Shown: positions 9,349 to 18,974 of the stretch, piece by piece
Numbering within the stretch: position 1 is the first letter of the stretch
Layout of the letters: each line of letters starts with the position of its first letter
The notes under the pieces: model-generated
The model's input: only the letters and a program-made list of their open reading frames with translations
Told to the model about the DNA's origin: nothing
Database searches by the model: none
From: an uncultured delta proteobacterium
GTDB lineage: Bacteria; Desulfobacterota; Binatia; DP-6
Assembly (NCBI GenBank): GCA_963815115.1
Contig: CAWFFN010000005.1
Coordinates: 320,001 to 384,000 of the forward strand
Length of the DNA stretch: 64,000 nt
Direction of reading: 5' to 3'
Position numbers and translations under genes: made by a program

Positions 9349-10530
9349 ATGGTCCAGCTTCGAGCGATGGTCTCGGCAACGTGCGACCGGCGGCGGGTGG
9401 TCTCGCCCCCACGGTTGATCATGGCGTTCCTGCTCCTGGCCGCGGGTCCGGCAGCCAACGCGCAGATCGCGGGCTCCGCGCCCGTCAACTGGGGTGACGA
9501 CCCGTCGACGGTGGCGCTCTGGACGTTCAACGGCAACGCCAGCAACGTCTCCAACTCCCGGACCTACTGCGCTGCGGGCGAGGCCGACCTGACGCGGTAC
9601 GCCGGGCAGAGCGGCGGGCTCAGCTTCGACTCCGGCAACCGGCGGGAGGGCAGCGCATCCGTGAGCCTCGACGGCAGTACGACGCTGGCTGCCCAGTCGT
9701 CGATCAACGATACCCGCTGTCTCCGCACGGGAAGCCCGAACCAGTGGACGATGACGTGGTGGATGCGCAACACCGCGCTCAACGCCAACACGTCGAGCCC
9801 GTTCCCCATGATCATCTTCAACCGTGACGAGGCCGCCAACGGGTCCGGCGCGCTCAACGGCTTCTACGTCACCTACATCAACGACGGCAGCAGCACGGAA
9901 GGCCGCACCTACGCCTGCACGCGGGCGAGCGGTGAGAACCGCGACACCTGCACCCCGTTCCTGGCCAACGCCTTCCCGCCGGGCAGCAGCTGGCACTTCG
10001 GTGCCGTCCAGTACACGGGCTCCGCGCTGCGCTACGCTCTCGAGGCCGCGCCGTTCACCAGCAGCGTGACGAATCGCGTCGGCAAGAACCCGGGAACCTA
10101 CCCGTTCCAGCTGTCCCACGTCGTCTCGCCGACCAACAAGAGCGGGGTGATCGGCAACGAGGACGAGGTCTGGTGGACCGCTGCCGTGCTCACCCAGCAG
10201 CAGATCTGTCGCGTGCGCAGCGTCGGAGTCCAGGGCAGCCTCGGGTGGTGTGCCCCGGACGGCTCGCACTGGATGGCCTGCGACGCCGACGCGGACTGCG
10301 GCGGATCGGGGCACGCGGGCGCGTGCAACGTCGCCTTCCCCGGCACGTTCCCCCAGGCCCGCAAGGGCACGTGCGTCGGTCATCTCGGCACCGGCGCGAG
10401 CGTGCCGACGGGGTGTCAGACGGTTGCCGATCTCGGACCCTGCAACGCGAATCTCACCGGGTCGGTCCCGCCGCCGCCTCCGAACTCTCCCCCGAGCCCG
10501 CCGAAGCTGCTCGACGTCCAGCCCAACTGA
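9349..10530 (+). CDS. Secreted LamG/concanavalin-A-like protein with Cys-rich C-terminal module (start may be 9421)
   Basis: Signal peptide ending ANAQ; VALWTFNGNA, WTMTWWM, WHFGAVQY, GNEDEVWW..VLTQQQI LamG-like motifs; CDADADC; Pro-rich tail. Confidence 0.6.
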   Translation: MVQLRAMVSATCDRRRVVSPPRLIMAFLLLAAGPAANAQIAGSAPVNWGDDPSTVALWTFNGNASNVSNSRTYCAAGEADLTRYAGQSGGLSFDSGNRREGSASVSLDGSTTLAAQSSINDTRCLRTGSPNQWTMTWWMRNTALNANTSSPFPMIIFNRDEAANGSGALNGFYVTYINDGSSTEGRTYACTRASGENRDTCTPFLANAFPPGSSWHFGAVQYTGSALRYALEAAPFTSSVTNRVGKNPGTYPFQLSHVVSPTNKSGVIGNEDEVWWTAAVLTQQQICRVRSVGVQGSLGWCAPDGSHWMACDADADCGGSGHAGACNVAFPGTFPQARKGTCVGHLGTGASVPTGCQTVADLGPCNANLTGSVPPPPPNSPPSPPKLLDVQPN

Positions 10531-10620
10531 CCCGGGCCGCCGTACGACGGCTTCGCGCCGTGGAGCACGGACTCGAGGAGAGGGATCGCCAATGCTCGCG
10601 AGACGTGGCACGCTTTCCCC

Positions 10621-11034
10621 ATGCCAGACTACAGCCTCTTCGGTGACGAGCACGTGCGGCAATACGAGGCGACCGGCGGCAAGGTCGGTCACGACTGGAA
10701 CGACGCGAGCGTTCTCATCCTGCACACCACCGGTCGGAAGTCCGGCGAGACACGCAAGTTGCCGCTGATCTACGGACGCGACGGCAAAGACTACCTGGTG
10801 GTCGCATCGAAGGGTGGCGCACCGACGAACCCGGGCTGGTACCTGAACCTGCGGGCGCATCCCGACGTGGAGATCCAGGTGCGCGACAAGGTGATCCCCG
10901 TCGCCGCGCGGACCGCCACGCCCCAGGAGAAGGCGCGCGTGTGGCCGATCATGACGGCGCAGTGGCCGGCGTATGACGACTACCAGACCAAGACCGCGCG
11001 CGACATTCCGGTGGTGATCCTCACCCCCCGGTGA
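10621..11034 (+). CDS. Deazaflavin (F420)-dependent nitroreductase family protein (DDN-like)
   Basis: LILHTTGRKSGETR, VVASKGGAPTNPGWYLNL, YDDYQTKTARDIPVV. Confidence 0.93.
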   Translation: MPDYSLFGDEHVRQYEATGGKVGHDWNDASVLILHTTGRKSGETRKLPLIYGRDGKDYLVVASKGGAPTNPGWYLNLRAHPDVEIQVRDKVIPVAARTATPQEKARVWPIMTAQWPAYDDYQTKTARDIPVVILTPR

Positions 11035-11133
11035 TCGACGGCGCGAAACACGTCAGAGCCGTAGCTTTCCCGCCCATCTCGGCGAGCCCTGACGGGAGGC
11101 GCGCGCCGGGCGAATCTGGTAGGCCGTGTCGTC

Positions 11134-11277
11134 ATGCGCCTCACCGGCGTCGCGACCTACCATCGCACCGTCCGCGCCTCGCTCGCCCGCGTGCGCGAGA
11201 ACGTCCTCGACTGGGAGCACCTGCCCGGCCGCAACCTCGACGGCCGCGCGCTGCGCCTCGAGACCGGCAGCGGCTAG
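11134..11277 (+). pseudogene. Internally deleted remnant of a Rieske-associated/SRPBCC-like protein
   Basis: 47 codons MRLTGVATYHRTVRASLARVRENVLDWEHLP|GRNLDGRALRL; ENVLDWEHLP resembles the oxygenase EN..D..H motif. Confidence 0.45.
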
Positions 11278-11444
11278 CCTCGCGGGATCCCCACGACCGG
11301 CAGCGCGCCGAGCGCGACGCACCGGCGGCCCGGTGCTCCTCCGATCCACGCGCAGGCAGCTCGTTCGCGTTGCCGCGAGCCTGCCGGGTGCGCTACTGCC
11401 GCTCTCGAGATGCCCCGACCGTGGCCAGCGGAGGAACGACACGC

Positions 11445-12224
11445 ATGAAGGCCCGCACGACGCGCTCCCCGCACGCCCGCTACACGCCGGCGGGCGAGGA
11501 CGGCATCGGCCACGTGGAGCTCACCCGATCCGAGAAGCTCAACGCCACCGACGATCAGTCGGTCGACGACCTCGATCGCGCCGTGACGCTCGCCAGGCGC
11601 GACGCGAAGGCGCGCGCGATCGTCGTCGCCGGCCGCGGGCGCGCGTTCTGCGCGGGCATCGACCTTGCGGCGCTCGCCGGCGATCGCCTCGGCGCCGACT
11701 GGTTCCGGCGCTGGGACGTCGCCCTCGCCAAGCTGGAGGCGATCCCGGTTCCGACGGTCGCGGCGATCCAGGGGCCGTGCCTCGGGGGCGGGCTCCAGGT
11801 CGCGCTCTGCTGCGATCTGAGTGTCGCCAGCGAGGATGCGACCTTCGGCCTGTCGGCCGTCCGGCACGGCATCATCCCGGGTCTCGCCACCTACCGCCTG
11901 CCGCGCCAGATCGGGATGGGCGCCGCGCGCGAGCTGATGCTCCTGGGCGAGACGTGGAACGCCGCCCGGGCGCTGCGGCAGGGCCTCGTGAACCAGGTCG
12001 TTCCCCCGGATCGGCTGAAGGCGACGGCGCTCGAGCTGGCGCGCAAGCTCGCCGGCAACGTGCGCGCCGCGAGCATCGCCACCAAGCGGCTCGCGCTCGC
12101 GTCGTACGACGTCTCGCTCGATCGCTTCCTCGAGGAGTACGTGCGGGCCCAGCGGCGATGCTGGAACGACCGCGAGACGAAGGCGAACCTCGCCCGCTAT
12201 CGTGCCGGGCGCTGGGGCAACTAG
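11445..12224 (+). CDS. Enoyl-CoA hydratase/isomerase family protein lacking both canonical Glu
   Basis: GGAGGA RBS then ATG at 11445; GRAFCAGIDL, GPCLGGGLQVALCCD, FGLSAVRHGIIPG. Confidence 0.88.
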   Translation: MKARTTRSPHARYTPAGEDGIGHVELTRSEKLNATDDQSVDDLDRAVTLARRDAKARAIVVAGRGRAFCAGIDLAALAGDRLGADWFRRWDVALAKLEAIPVPTVAAIQGPCLGGGLQVALCCDLSVASEDATFGLSAVRHGIIPGLATYRLPRQIGMGAARELMLLGETWNAARALRQGLVNQVVPPDRLKATALELARKLAGNVRAASIATKRLALASYDVSLDRFLEEYVRAQRRCWNDRETKANLARYRAGRWGN

Positions 12225-12280
12225 ACCACGGCGCCTTGCGCTTTGCAGACGCGACGGGCGGCGGCTAGGACGTTGGCCGC

Positions 12281-13276
12281 ATGACGTCCCCGCCGGCGCT
12301 GCGGGTCACCGCCGACGACGCCGAATATCGGCGGATGGCGGCGGCAGAAGCCGAGTACTGGAGCGGCCCCGTGCCGTACGCGCTGGAGGCGATCGAGGAG
12401 CGCTTCGCCGACGGTCCGGTCGACCGCTACACGAACGCGCGCTTCACGGGCGACCGCAACGTCGGCTGGCACCGGACGATCGCGCGGCACGGCCCGTTCC
12501 GGCGCGGCCTCGTGCTCGGTCTCTCGGCGCTGCGGGTGGAGGGCGAGATCCTGGAGACGAACCCGGGCCTCCACCTCACCTTCATGGACATCAGCCCGGG
12601 CTCGCTCGCGCGCCGCGCCGAGATCCTCGGCGCCCGGTTTCCGGGCCGCGTCGAGACCATCCGTGCCGACCTGAACTTCGCCGAGCTCCCGCGCGACGCC
12701 TACGATCTCGTGGTGTCGTCGGCCTCGCTCCACCACGTGACCAATCTCGAGCACCTCGCGTGGCAGATCGACGCCACGCTCGCCCCCGACGGATGGTTCT
12801 TCCTGAGCGACTACGTCGGCGAGCCGCGCTTCCAGTTCGCTCCGGCGAAGAAGCGCGTCTTCGAGCTGGTGCACGACCGCGAGATCGCCCGGATGCGCAA
12901 TCGCCGGCCGGGATGTCTCTGGATGGACGCCAGCGACCTGAGTCCGTTCTGTGGCGTCCGCTCGGACGAGGTCCTGCCGGTGCTGCGCGCACACCTCGCC
13001 GAGGTCGAGGTGCGGACGGCGGCGGCGCTCACCGTCGCCCTGCTGCGGTCGAGGCCTGCCGACGGCGCGACCGGCAAGCCGCCCGGGATCGGCCGCCGCG
13101 CCACCGATGGGCTCGTGCGCGCAGCGCTCGGTCTCTGCGGCAAGCTGCCGCCGGTGCGCGTGCCGATCTCGAAGCGCCTGCTGCGGGAGCTGCTCTTCGC
13201 GGGCGACCTCCTCACCGACGCCGGACTCCTGCTGCCGGGCACGGCATTCGCCACCTACCGCAAGCGCCGGCGGTGA
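12281..13276 (+). CDS. Class I SAM-dependent methyltransferase-like protein
   Basis: MDISPGSL, ADLNFAELPRDAYDLVVSSASLHHV, LAPDGWFFLSDYVG; Gly-rich motif I is degenerate (LVLGLSALRVE). Confidence 0.75.
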   Translation: MTSPPALRVTADDAEYRRMAAAEAEYWSGPVPYALEAIEERFADGPVDRYTNARFTGDRNVGWHRTIARHGPFRRGLVLGLSALRVEGEILETNPGLHLTFMDISPGSLARRAEILGARFPGRVETIRADLNFAELPRDAYDLVVSSASLHHVTNLEHLAWQIDATLAPDGWFFLSDYVGEPRFQFAPAKKRVFELVHDREIARMRNRRPGCLWMDASDLSPFCGVRSDEVLPVLRAHLAEVEVRTAAALTVALLRSRPADGATGKPPGIGRRATDGLVRAALGLCGKLPPVRVPISKRLLRELLFAGDLLTDAGLLLPGTAFATYRKRRR

Positions 13277-13290
13277 CGTAGCCTGTGCGA

Positions 13291-15060
13291 ATGGCGACGC
13301 TGGTGGCGGTGAACGTGGGTCTGCCGAAGGACGTGCCATGGCGGGGTGCCGCGGTGCACACCGGCGTGTGGAAGCAGGCCGTCAGCGGACCGCGGCTCGT
13401 GCGGCGGCTGAACATCGAGGGCGACGGGCAGGGCGACCTCGCCGGACACGGCGGCGAGCACCGTGCGGTGCTGGTCTATCAGCTCGCGTCCTATCGCTAC
13501 TGGCAGGAGGTGCTCGGCCGCGACGATTTCGTCCACGGGGAGTTCGGAGAGAACTTCACCGTCGACGGCCTTCCCGACGACGAGGTGTGCATCGGCGATC
13601 GCTATCGCATCGGCGACGCCGAGTTCGAGGTCAGCCAGCCGCGCGTCACCTGCTACCGCGTGGGCCTGCGGATGAACGAGCCCCGCATGGCCGCCCTGCT
13701 GGTCGCGCACCGGCGGCCCGGGTTCTATATCCGCGTGCTGCGCGAGGGACGGGTGCAGGCGGGCGACGAGATCGTGAAGATCGCGCCGGGTCCCGAGGCG
13801 ATGAGCGTCGCGGAGATCGACGCGCTGCTCTACCTGCCCGGCCATCCCCGCGAACGGCTCGCCGCCGCGCTGCGCATCCCGGCGCTCAGCCCGGGCTGGA
13901 AGGCGTCCCTGCAGGCGCTTCTCGACCAGGCCACCGGAGTCGGCGGCGGGCCGACCGGCAATCCTGGCCTCAACGACGTGGCCGCCGGTCCGCCGCCAGC
14001 CTGGAGCGGATTCAGGCCCTTGAAGGTCGTCCGCGTCGAAGCCGAGAGCAGGAGCGTGCGCTCGTTGGTGCTCGCGGACCCCGACGGTGCGTCGCTGCCA
14101 GCGGCGCTCCCCGGCCAGTTCCTCACCGTGCGGTTGCGGCGCGAGGCCGCCGCCCCGCCGCTCATCCGCAGCTACTCGCTCTCGGGCCGACCGGGCGCGG
14201 CGGAGTACCGGATCAGCGTGAAGCAGGAAGCCCACGGCGCCGGCAGCACGTACATGCACACGCGGGTCCGCGTGGGCGACACCCTCGACGTCGCGGCGCC
14301 GCGCGGCACCTTCACGCTGCGCGACGGCGACGGCCCGGTGCTCCTGCTGTCGGCGGGTGTCGGTGCCACGCCGGTGGTGGCCATGCTGCACATGCTCGCG
14401 GCCGGGCGTACGAGGCGCGAGGTGTGGTGGCTGCACGGCGCCCGCGACGGCTCCGAGCACGCGTTCGGCGCGGAGGTGCGGGCGTTGCTCGCCGGGCTCC
14501 CGAAGGCGCATTCGCAGATCTGCTACAGCCGGCCCGCGCCCGCCGATCGCCAGGGTCGTGACTACGACGTTGCCGGACGGCTGTCCGCGGAGCTGTTCGA
14601 AAAGGTCGGACTGTCGCGCGACGCCGACGCCTACCTGTGCGGCCCCACCGCGTTCATGCAGGACCTCGGCGCCGCGCTCGCCGCCTACGGCCTCGACCGC
14701 TCACGGATTCGCACGGAGATCTTCGGCGCGGGGCCGTCCATGACTCCCGGGGTGGTCGCCCCGGACGTCCGCCCGCCACATCAACCCGACGGCGCTCCCG
14801 GCACCGGTCCGTCGGTCTCCTTCGCACGCAGCGGGATCACGACCAGCTGGGATGCCAGATACGCGAGCCTGCTCGAGCTGGCGGAGGCGTGCAGCGTGCC
14901 GACACGCTGGTCGTGCCGCACGGGGGTGTGTCACAACTGCGAGAGCGGCCTGCTGTCGGGAACGGTGGCGTACTCGCCCGACCCGGTGGAGTCGCCGGCC
15001 GACGGCAATCTCCTGATCTGCTGCTCGCAGCCGCGCGGCGACGTCGTCCTCGACCTGTAG
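13291..15060 (+). CDS. MOSC + 3-alpha + FAD/NAD-binding + 2Fe-2S fusion oxidoreductase
   Basis: GDGQGDLAGHGG, FGENFT, SQPRVTC; RSYSLS, SAGVGATP, YLCGP; CRTGVCHNC...LICC. Confidence 0.93.
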   Translation: MATLVAVNVGLPKDVPWRGAAVHTGVWKQAVSGPRLVRRLNIEGDGQGDLAGHGGEHRAVLVYQLASYRYWQEVLGRDDFVHGEFGENFTVDGLPDDEVCIGDRYRIGDAEFEVSQPRVTCYRVGLRMNEPRMAALLVAHRRPGFYIRVLREGRVQAGDEIVKIAPGPEAMSVAEIDALLYLPGHPRERLAAALRIPALSPGWKASLQALLDQATGVGGGPTGNPGLNDVAAGPPPAWSGFRPLKVVRVEAESRSVRSLVLADPDGASLPAALPGQFLTVRLRREAAAPPLIRSYSLSGRPGAAEYRISVKQEAHGAGSTYMHTRVRVGDTLDVAAPRGTFTLRDGDGPVLLLSAGVGATPVVAMLHMLAAGRTRREVWWLHGARDGSEHAFGAEVRALLAGLPKAHSQICYSRPAPADRQGRDYDVAGRLSAELFEKVGLSRDADAYLCGPTAFMQDLGAALAAYGLDRSRIRTEIFGAGPSMTPGVVAPDVRPPHQPDGAPGTGPSVSFARSGITTSWDARYASLLELAEACSVPTRWSCRTGVCHNCESGLLSGTVAYSPDPVESPADGNLLICCSQPRGDVVLDL

Positions 15061-15066
15061 GCGCCG

Positions 15067-15879
15067 TCAGTTCGCTCCGAGCGCGCGGTCGATGAACGAG
15101 GTCAACGCGGCCAGGACCTCGTCGCGGTTGATCTCGTTCAGGACCTCGTGCCGTGCGCCCGGGTAGGTGATCGACTCGAGCCGCTCGCCGCCGATGCGCT
15201 CGATCGCCGCACGCGTGTCGGCCAGCGGTACCAGCGGATCGTCTTCCCCGTGCAGCCAGAGTGTGGGCAGCGCTCCGAGCGGCGGCCCGTCGGCGATGGC
15301 GCTGACCGCGCCGACCATCGCGGCGAGCGTGGCGCGCCGGAAGGGTCCATGCCAGACCAGCGGGTCGTCCATGTACGCGCTTCCGACCTCCGGGTCGCGC
15401 GACAGCGACGACGGGTCGATCGGCACCTCGGGAAGCGGATCCATCGTGAGGAGCATCTCGATCGCGGGATTGCCGCCGATCGCCGGCCCGGAGAGCACGA
15501 GGGCGGCGAGGCGACTGCCGTGGAGCTGGGCGAACCGCGTCGCCAGCAGGCCGCCCATCGAGTGGCCGATGAGGACGAGCGGAAGCCCCGGATGATCGCC
15601 GCGGGCCTTGCGCGCCACCGCGTCGAGGTCGGCCACCATGTCGTCGACGCGCTCGACCAGCGCGCGCTCGCCTTCCGAGCGCCCGTGCCCGAGATGATCG
15701 GGTGCGTACACCGCCGCGCCGTGGCGGACGAGGTGATCCGCGACGTGGGCATAGCGCTGCGCGTGCTCGCCGTAGCCGTGTGCGATCAGCGCCAGGTGGC
15801 GCGGGTGCTCGCACGGCCACTCGTGCAGCACGATGCGGCCGCGGGCGCCGGGAAGCTCGGTGAGCCGGGGTCCTGACAT
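15067..15879 (-). CDS. Alpha/beta hydrolase (lysophospholipase/monoacylglycerol lipase-like)
   Basis: HGYGEH, DHLGHGRS, GHSMGG nucleophile, HGEDDPLVP, RHEVLNE. Confidence 0.92.
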   Translation of the reverse strand: MSGPRLTELPGARGRIVLHEWPCEHPRHLALIAHGYGEHAQRYAHVADHLVRHGAAVYAPDHLGHGRSEGERALVERVDDMVADLDAVARKARGDHPGLPLVLIGHSMGGLLATRFAQLHGSRLAALVLSGPAIGGNPAIEMLLTMDPLPEVPIDPSSLSRDPEVGSAYMDDPLVWHGPFRRATLAAMVGAVSAIADGPPLGALPTLWLHGEDDPLVPLADTRAAIERIGGERLESITYPGARHEVLNEINRDEVLAALTSFIDRALGAN

Positions 15880-15984
15880 GCGCGGACAGTCCTTCGGGAC
15901 GGGCGTCGCGGTCAAGCGACCCGGGCAGCCCTGCCGGCCGGTCTGCGGGTTGCCAGGCGGGCCTCGAGTCTGCAAGGTCGATCC

Positions 15985-16515
15985 ATGTCCCTGCTGCGCT
16001 TCCTCGGAATCGGCCACGATGCACCGGCGAGGGGTGCCGGTGAGACCGAGACCGTCCGCCGTGTCGTCGCCGCGCTCGAGCGCATGGAGCCCGAGGCGGC
16101 GCGCCGTCTCGCCTGTTTTGCCTACGTCCTCGGTCGCGTCGCGGGCGCGGATCGGAGAGTGAGCCCCGAGGAGATGGGGATCATGGAGCGGACCATGATG
16201 GAGCGCGGCGACCTGGCGCAGGAGCAGGCGGCGCTCGTCGTGCAGATCGCCAGGGATCAACAGGCGCGGTCCGGCGGCACGGAGGACTACCTCGTGACCC
16301 GCGAGTTCGCGTCCATCGCCTCCCGCGAGCAGAAGCTCGCGCTCCTGAGCTGCTGCATGGCCGTGGCGGCCGTCGACGCCGAGGTGTCGGGCTCCGAGGA
16401 CGACGTCGTGCGCGAGATCGCGAGCGAGCTCGGCCTCTCCCACGCCGACTTCATCGCCGCTCGCACGGCCCATCGCGATGCGCTGGCCGTCCTGAAGGAC
16501 CCTCCCCGGACCTGA
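15985..16515 (+). CDS. TerB-family (tellurite resistance/DjlA N-like) protein
   Basis: Two TerB-like halves VAGADRRVSPEE and VAAVDAEVSGSEDDVVREIASELGL. Confidence 0.8.
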   Translation: MSLLRFLGIGHDAPARGAGETETVRRVVAALERMEPEAARRLACFAYVLGRVAGADRRVSPEEMGIMERTMMERGDLAQEQAALVVQIARDQQARSGGTEDYLVTREFASIASREQKLALLSCCMAVAAVDAEVSGSEDDVVREIASELGLSHADFIAARTAHRDALAVLKDPPRT

Positions 16516-16523
16516 CGGGGAGC

Positions 16524-16736
16524 TCAGTCGCGCTTCCGCTCCAGGTTGGCCGCGACCGCGGCAAACACCTCGTCCCAGAGAATCGCGTGCACCTCTGGCG
16601 CCGAGTAGCCGGATGCGACGATCCTCCCGGCGATGAAGCGGTAGGCCGGCTCGTCCAGCGCGGCATCCAGGAACAGGTCCGCCAGCGCCTCCCACACCGG
16701 GCGCCTGCGCTCCAGGTCTCGATCCGGGGGCAGCAT
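16524..16736 (-). CDS. Small conserved hypothetical protein (DUF7079-like), probably C-terminally truncated
   Basis: RRPVWEALADLFLD...SGYS..EV.AILWDEV motif; ends abruptly after NL. Confidence 0.5.
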   Translation of the reverse strand: MLPPDRDLERRRPVWEALADLFLDAALDEPAYRFIAGRIVASGYSAPEVHAILWDEVFAAVAANLERKRD

Positions 16737-16905
16737 CGCGGACGAGAAGGTCTAGCGGTCGCGGCGCTGGGCGAGGCGGGACATCGATGGTCACGCTAGA
16801 CCTGCACATCGTGCGTGTCCAGGGTGCGTGCCGCGGGGCCACCCGCCGGCTTGCTCGACAAGGAGCGTCCAGCTACCTCCGGCTCGGCAGAGAAAGGGGG
16901 GCGCG

Positions 16906-17697
16906 ATGCGGATCGAAGGTCGGACGGCGCTGGTGACCGGGGCAACCGGCGGTATCGGTCATGCGATCGCGCGGAGTCTTGCCGGGCGCCGGGCGAAGCT
17001 CGTCCTCACCGGCCGGCAGACGGACGTGCTGGGCCGGCTGGCGCGAGAGCTCGAGGCGCAGGTCTTCGCGGTCGATCTGGCGGATCGCCGCTCGCTCGAT
17101 CACCTGATCGAACGCACGGAGGCCGTGGACATCCTGGTCGCCAATGCCGCCCTTCCCGCGAGCGGCCGGCTCGCTGCGCTCACGGACGACGAGATCGACG
17201 CGGCGCTCGACGTCAACCTGCGTGCTCCGATCTTCCTCGCGCGCAGCCTCGCGATCCGGATGATGGCGCGTCGCTCGGGTCACCTCGTCTTCATCAACTC
17301 ACTCTCCGGCAAGGTCGCGGCTCCCGGCTCGTCGCTCTACAACGCCACCAAGTTCGGCTTGCGCGGCTTCGCCCAGAGCCTGCGCCAGGAGCTGCACGGG
17401 ACGGGAGTCGGCGTGTCGACGATCTTTCCCGGCTTCATTCGCGAGGCCGGGATGTTCGCCCGGAGCGGCGTCGTGCTGCCGAAGGGAGTCGGAACGCGCT
17501 CGCCCGAAGAGGTCTCGTCCGCGGTCGTGCAGGCGATCGAGCACGACCAGGGCGAGGTCGACGTGGCCCCCGCCGGCCTCCGCGCCGGCGCACTCGTGGC
17601 CGGCGTTGCGCCGGCGGTCTCGGCGACGCTGCAGCGCTGGCTCGGCGCCGGGAAGATCGCCGACGACATCGCCCGCGGCCAGCGCGGCGCGCGCTGA
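16906..17697 (+). CDS. Short-chain dehydrogenase/reductase
   Basis: TGATGGIG, VANAA, YNATK. Confidence 0.93.
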   Translation: MRIEGRTALVTGATGGIGHAIARSLAGRRAKLVLTGRQTDVLGRLARELEAQVFAVDLADRRSLDHLIERTEAVDILVANAALPASGRLAALTDDEIDAALDVNLRAPIFLARSLAIRMMARRSGHLVFINSLSGKVAAPGSSLYNATKFGLRGFAQSLRQELHGTGVGVSTIFPGFIREAGMFARSGVVLPKGVGTRSPEEVSSAVVQAIEHDQGEVDVAPAGLRAGALVAGVAPAVSATLQRWLGAGKIADDIARGQRGAR

Positions 17698-17748
17698 TCC
17701 CGCGGCCGCGTGTTGACGTTCGCCCGCGACGCGTGGCAAGCCGCCGAC

Positions 17749-18933
17749 ATGGCGACGTACGGACTGGACGACGACGGCCGCGCGCTGCGCGCGCGCATGC
17801 GGCGCTTCATCGACGACACGGTCATCCCGGCGGAGCGGATGCTCGGCCGCGAGGACGCCGAGTCGGCCGCCACGATGCGGCGGCTCAAGGAGACCGCGAA
17901 GCGCGAGGGTCTGTGGGCCCTGGGACATCCGAAGGAGATCGGCGGCGGCGGCGTGCCGTTCATGCCGTTCGTGTTCCTGAACGAGGTGATCGGGCGCTCG
18001 CACTGGGGGCAGGCGGCGGTCGGCACGCTCTCGATGCAGGACTCCATCATGCTCCACCTCTACGGCAGCCCCGAGCAGCAGCGGCGCTGGCTCGAGCCGC
18101 TCGTGGCCGGCGACATCTATCCCTCGGTGGGTCTCACGGAGCCCGAGGTCGCCGGCTCCGATCCGACGCTCATGCAGTCGACCGCGCGGCTGGACGGCGA
18201 TCACTGGGTGATCAACGCGCACAAGTGGTTCACCAGCGGCGCCAACCGCGCCGCCTTCACGACCATCTTCGCCATCACCGAGCCGGAGGCCCCGGCGCAC
18301 GGGCGGTTCTCGTCCATCATCGTGCCCACCGACGCGCCGGGCTACGAGATCGTGCGCGTCGTGCCCACCATGGGGCACACCGGGGGAGGGCACTGCGAGA
18401 TCCGGCTGACCGACGTGCGGGTGCCGAAGGAGAACCTGCTCGGGGAACGCGGGCAGGGATTCGTCGTGGCGCAGAAGCGACTCGGTCCGGGACGCATCTT
18501 TCACTGCATGCGGTGGCTCGGGCAGGCGGAGCGCGCCTTCGAGCTCATGTGCGAGCGAGCGAAGAGCCGCTTCGCCCACGGATCGCTGCTGGCCGAGAAG
18601 GGCGAGATCCAGCGTTACATCGCCGAATCGGCGGCGGAGATCCAGGCGGCTCGCCTGATGACGCTGGATGCCGCGCGCGCCATGGACGAGGGCAGCGAGG
18701 CGCGCGTCGAGATCGCGCTCATCAAGTTCTGGGGGGCGCGCATGCTGCACGACGTGATCGATCGCGCCATCCAGGTGCACGGGGCCCTCGGCGTGACCGG
18801 CGACACCCCGCTCGAGTTCATGTATCGCGAAGCGCGCTACGCGCGGCTCTACGACGGACCCGACGAGGTGCACCGCATGGTGGTCGCCCGCCGCCTGCTG
18901 AAGGATCCGGTCGCCGGCACGCCCTGGTCGTGA
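17749..18933 (+). CDS. Acyl-CoA dehydrogenase family protein
   Basis: LTEPEVAGSD, WVINAHKWF, RLGPGRIFHCMR, AIQVHGALG, RLYDGPDEVH. Confidence 0.95.
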   Translation: MATYGLDDDGRALRARMRRFIDDTVIPAERMLGREDAESAATMRRLKETAKREGLWALGHPKEIGGGGVPFMPFVFLNEVIGRSHWGQAAVGTLSMQDSIMLHLYGSPEQQRRWLEPLVAGDIYPSVGLTEPEVAGSDPTLMQSTARLDGDHWVINAHKWFTSGANRAAFTTIFAITEPEAPAHGRFSSIIVPTDAPGYEIVRVVPTMGHTGGGHCEIRLTDVRVPKENLLGERGQGFVVAQKRLGPGRIFHCMRWLGQAERAFELMCERAKSRFAHGSLLAEKGEIQRYIAESAAEIQAARLMTLDAARAMDEGSEARVEIALIKFWGARMLHDVIDRAIQVHGALGVTGDTPLEFMYREARYARLYDGPDEVHRMVVARRLLKDPVAGTPWS

Positions 18934-18974
18934 CCCACCGTTGACCGGACGGCGCGGGTCGCCCAGAAGGACGG

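Noticed and set aside
13291-15060. MOSC-reductase-ferredoxin multi-domain fusion
   Set aside because: Known, common architecture
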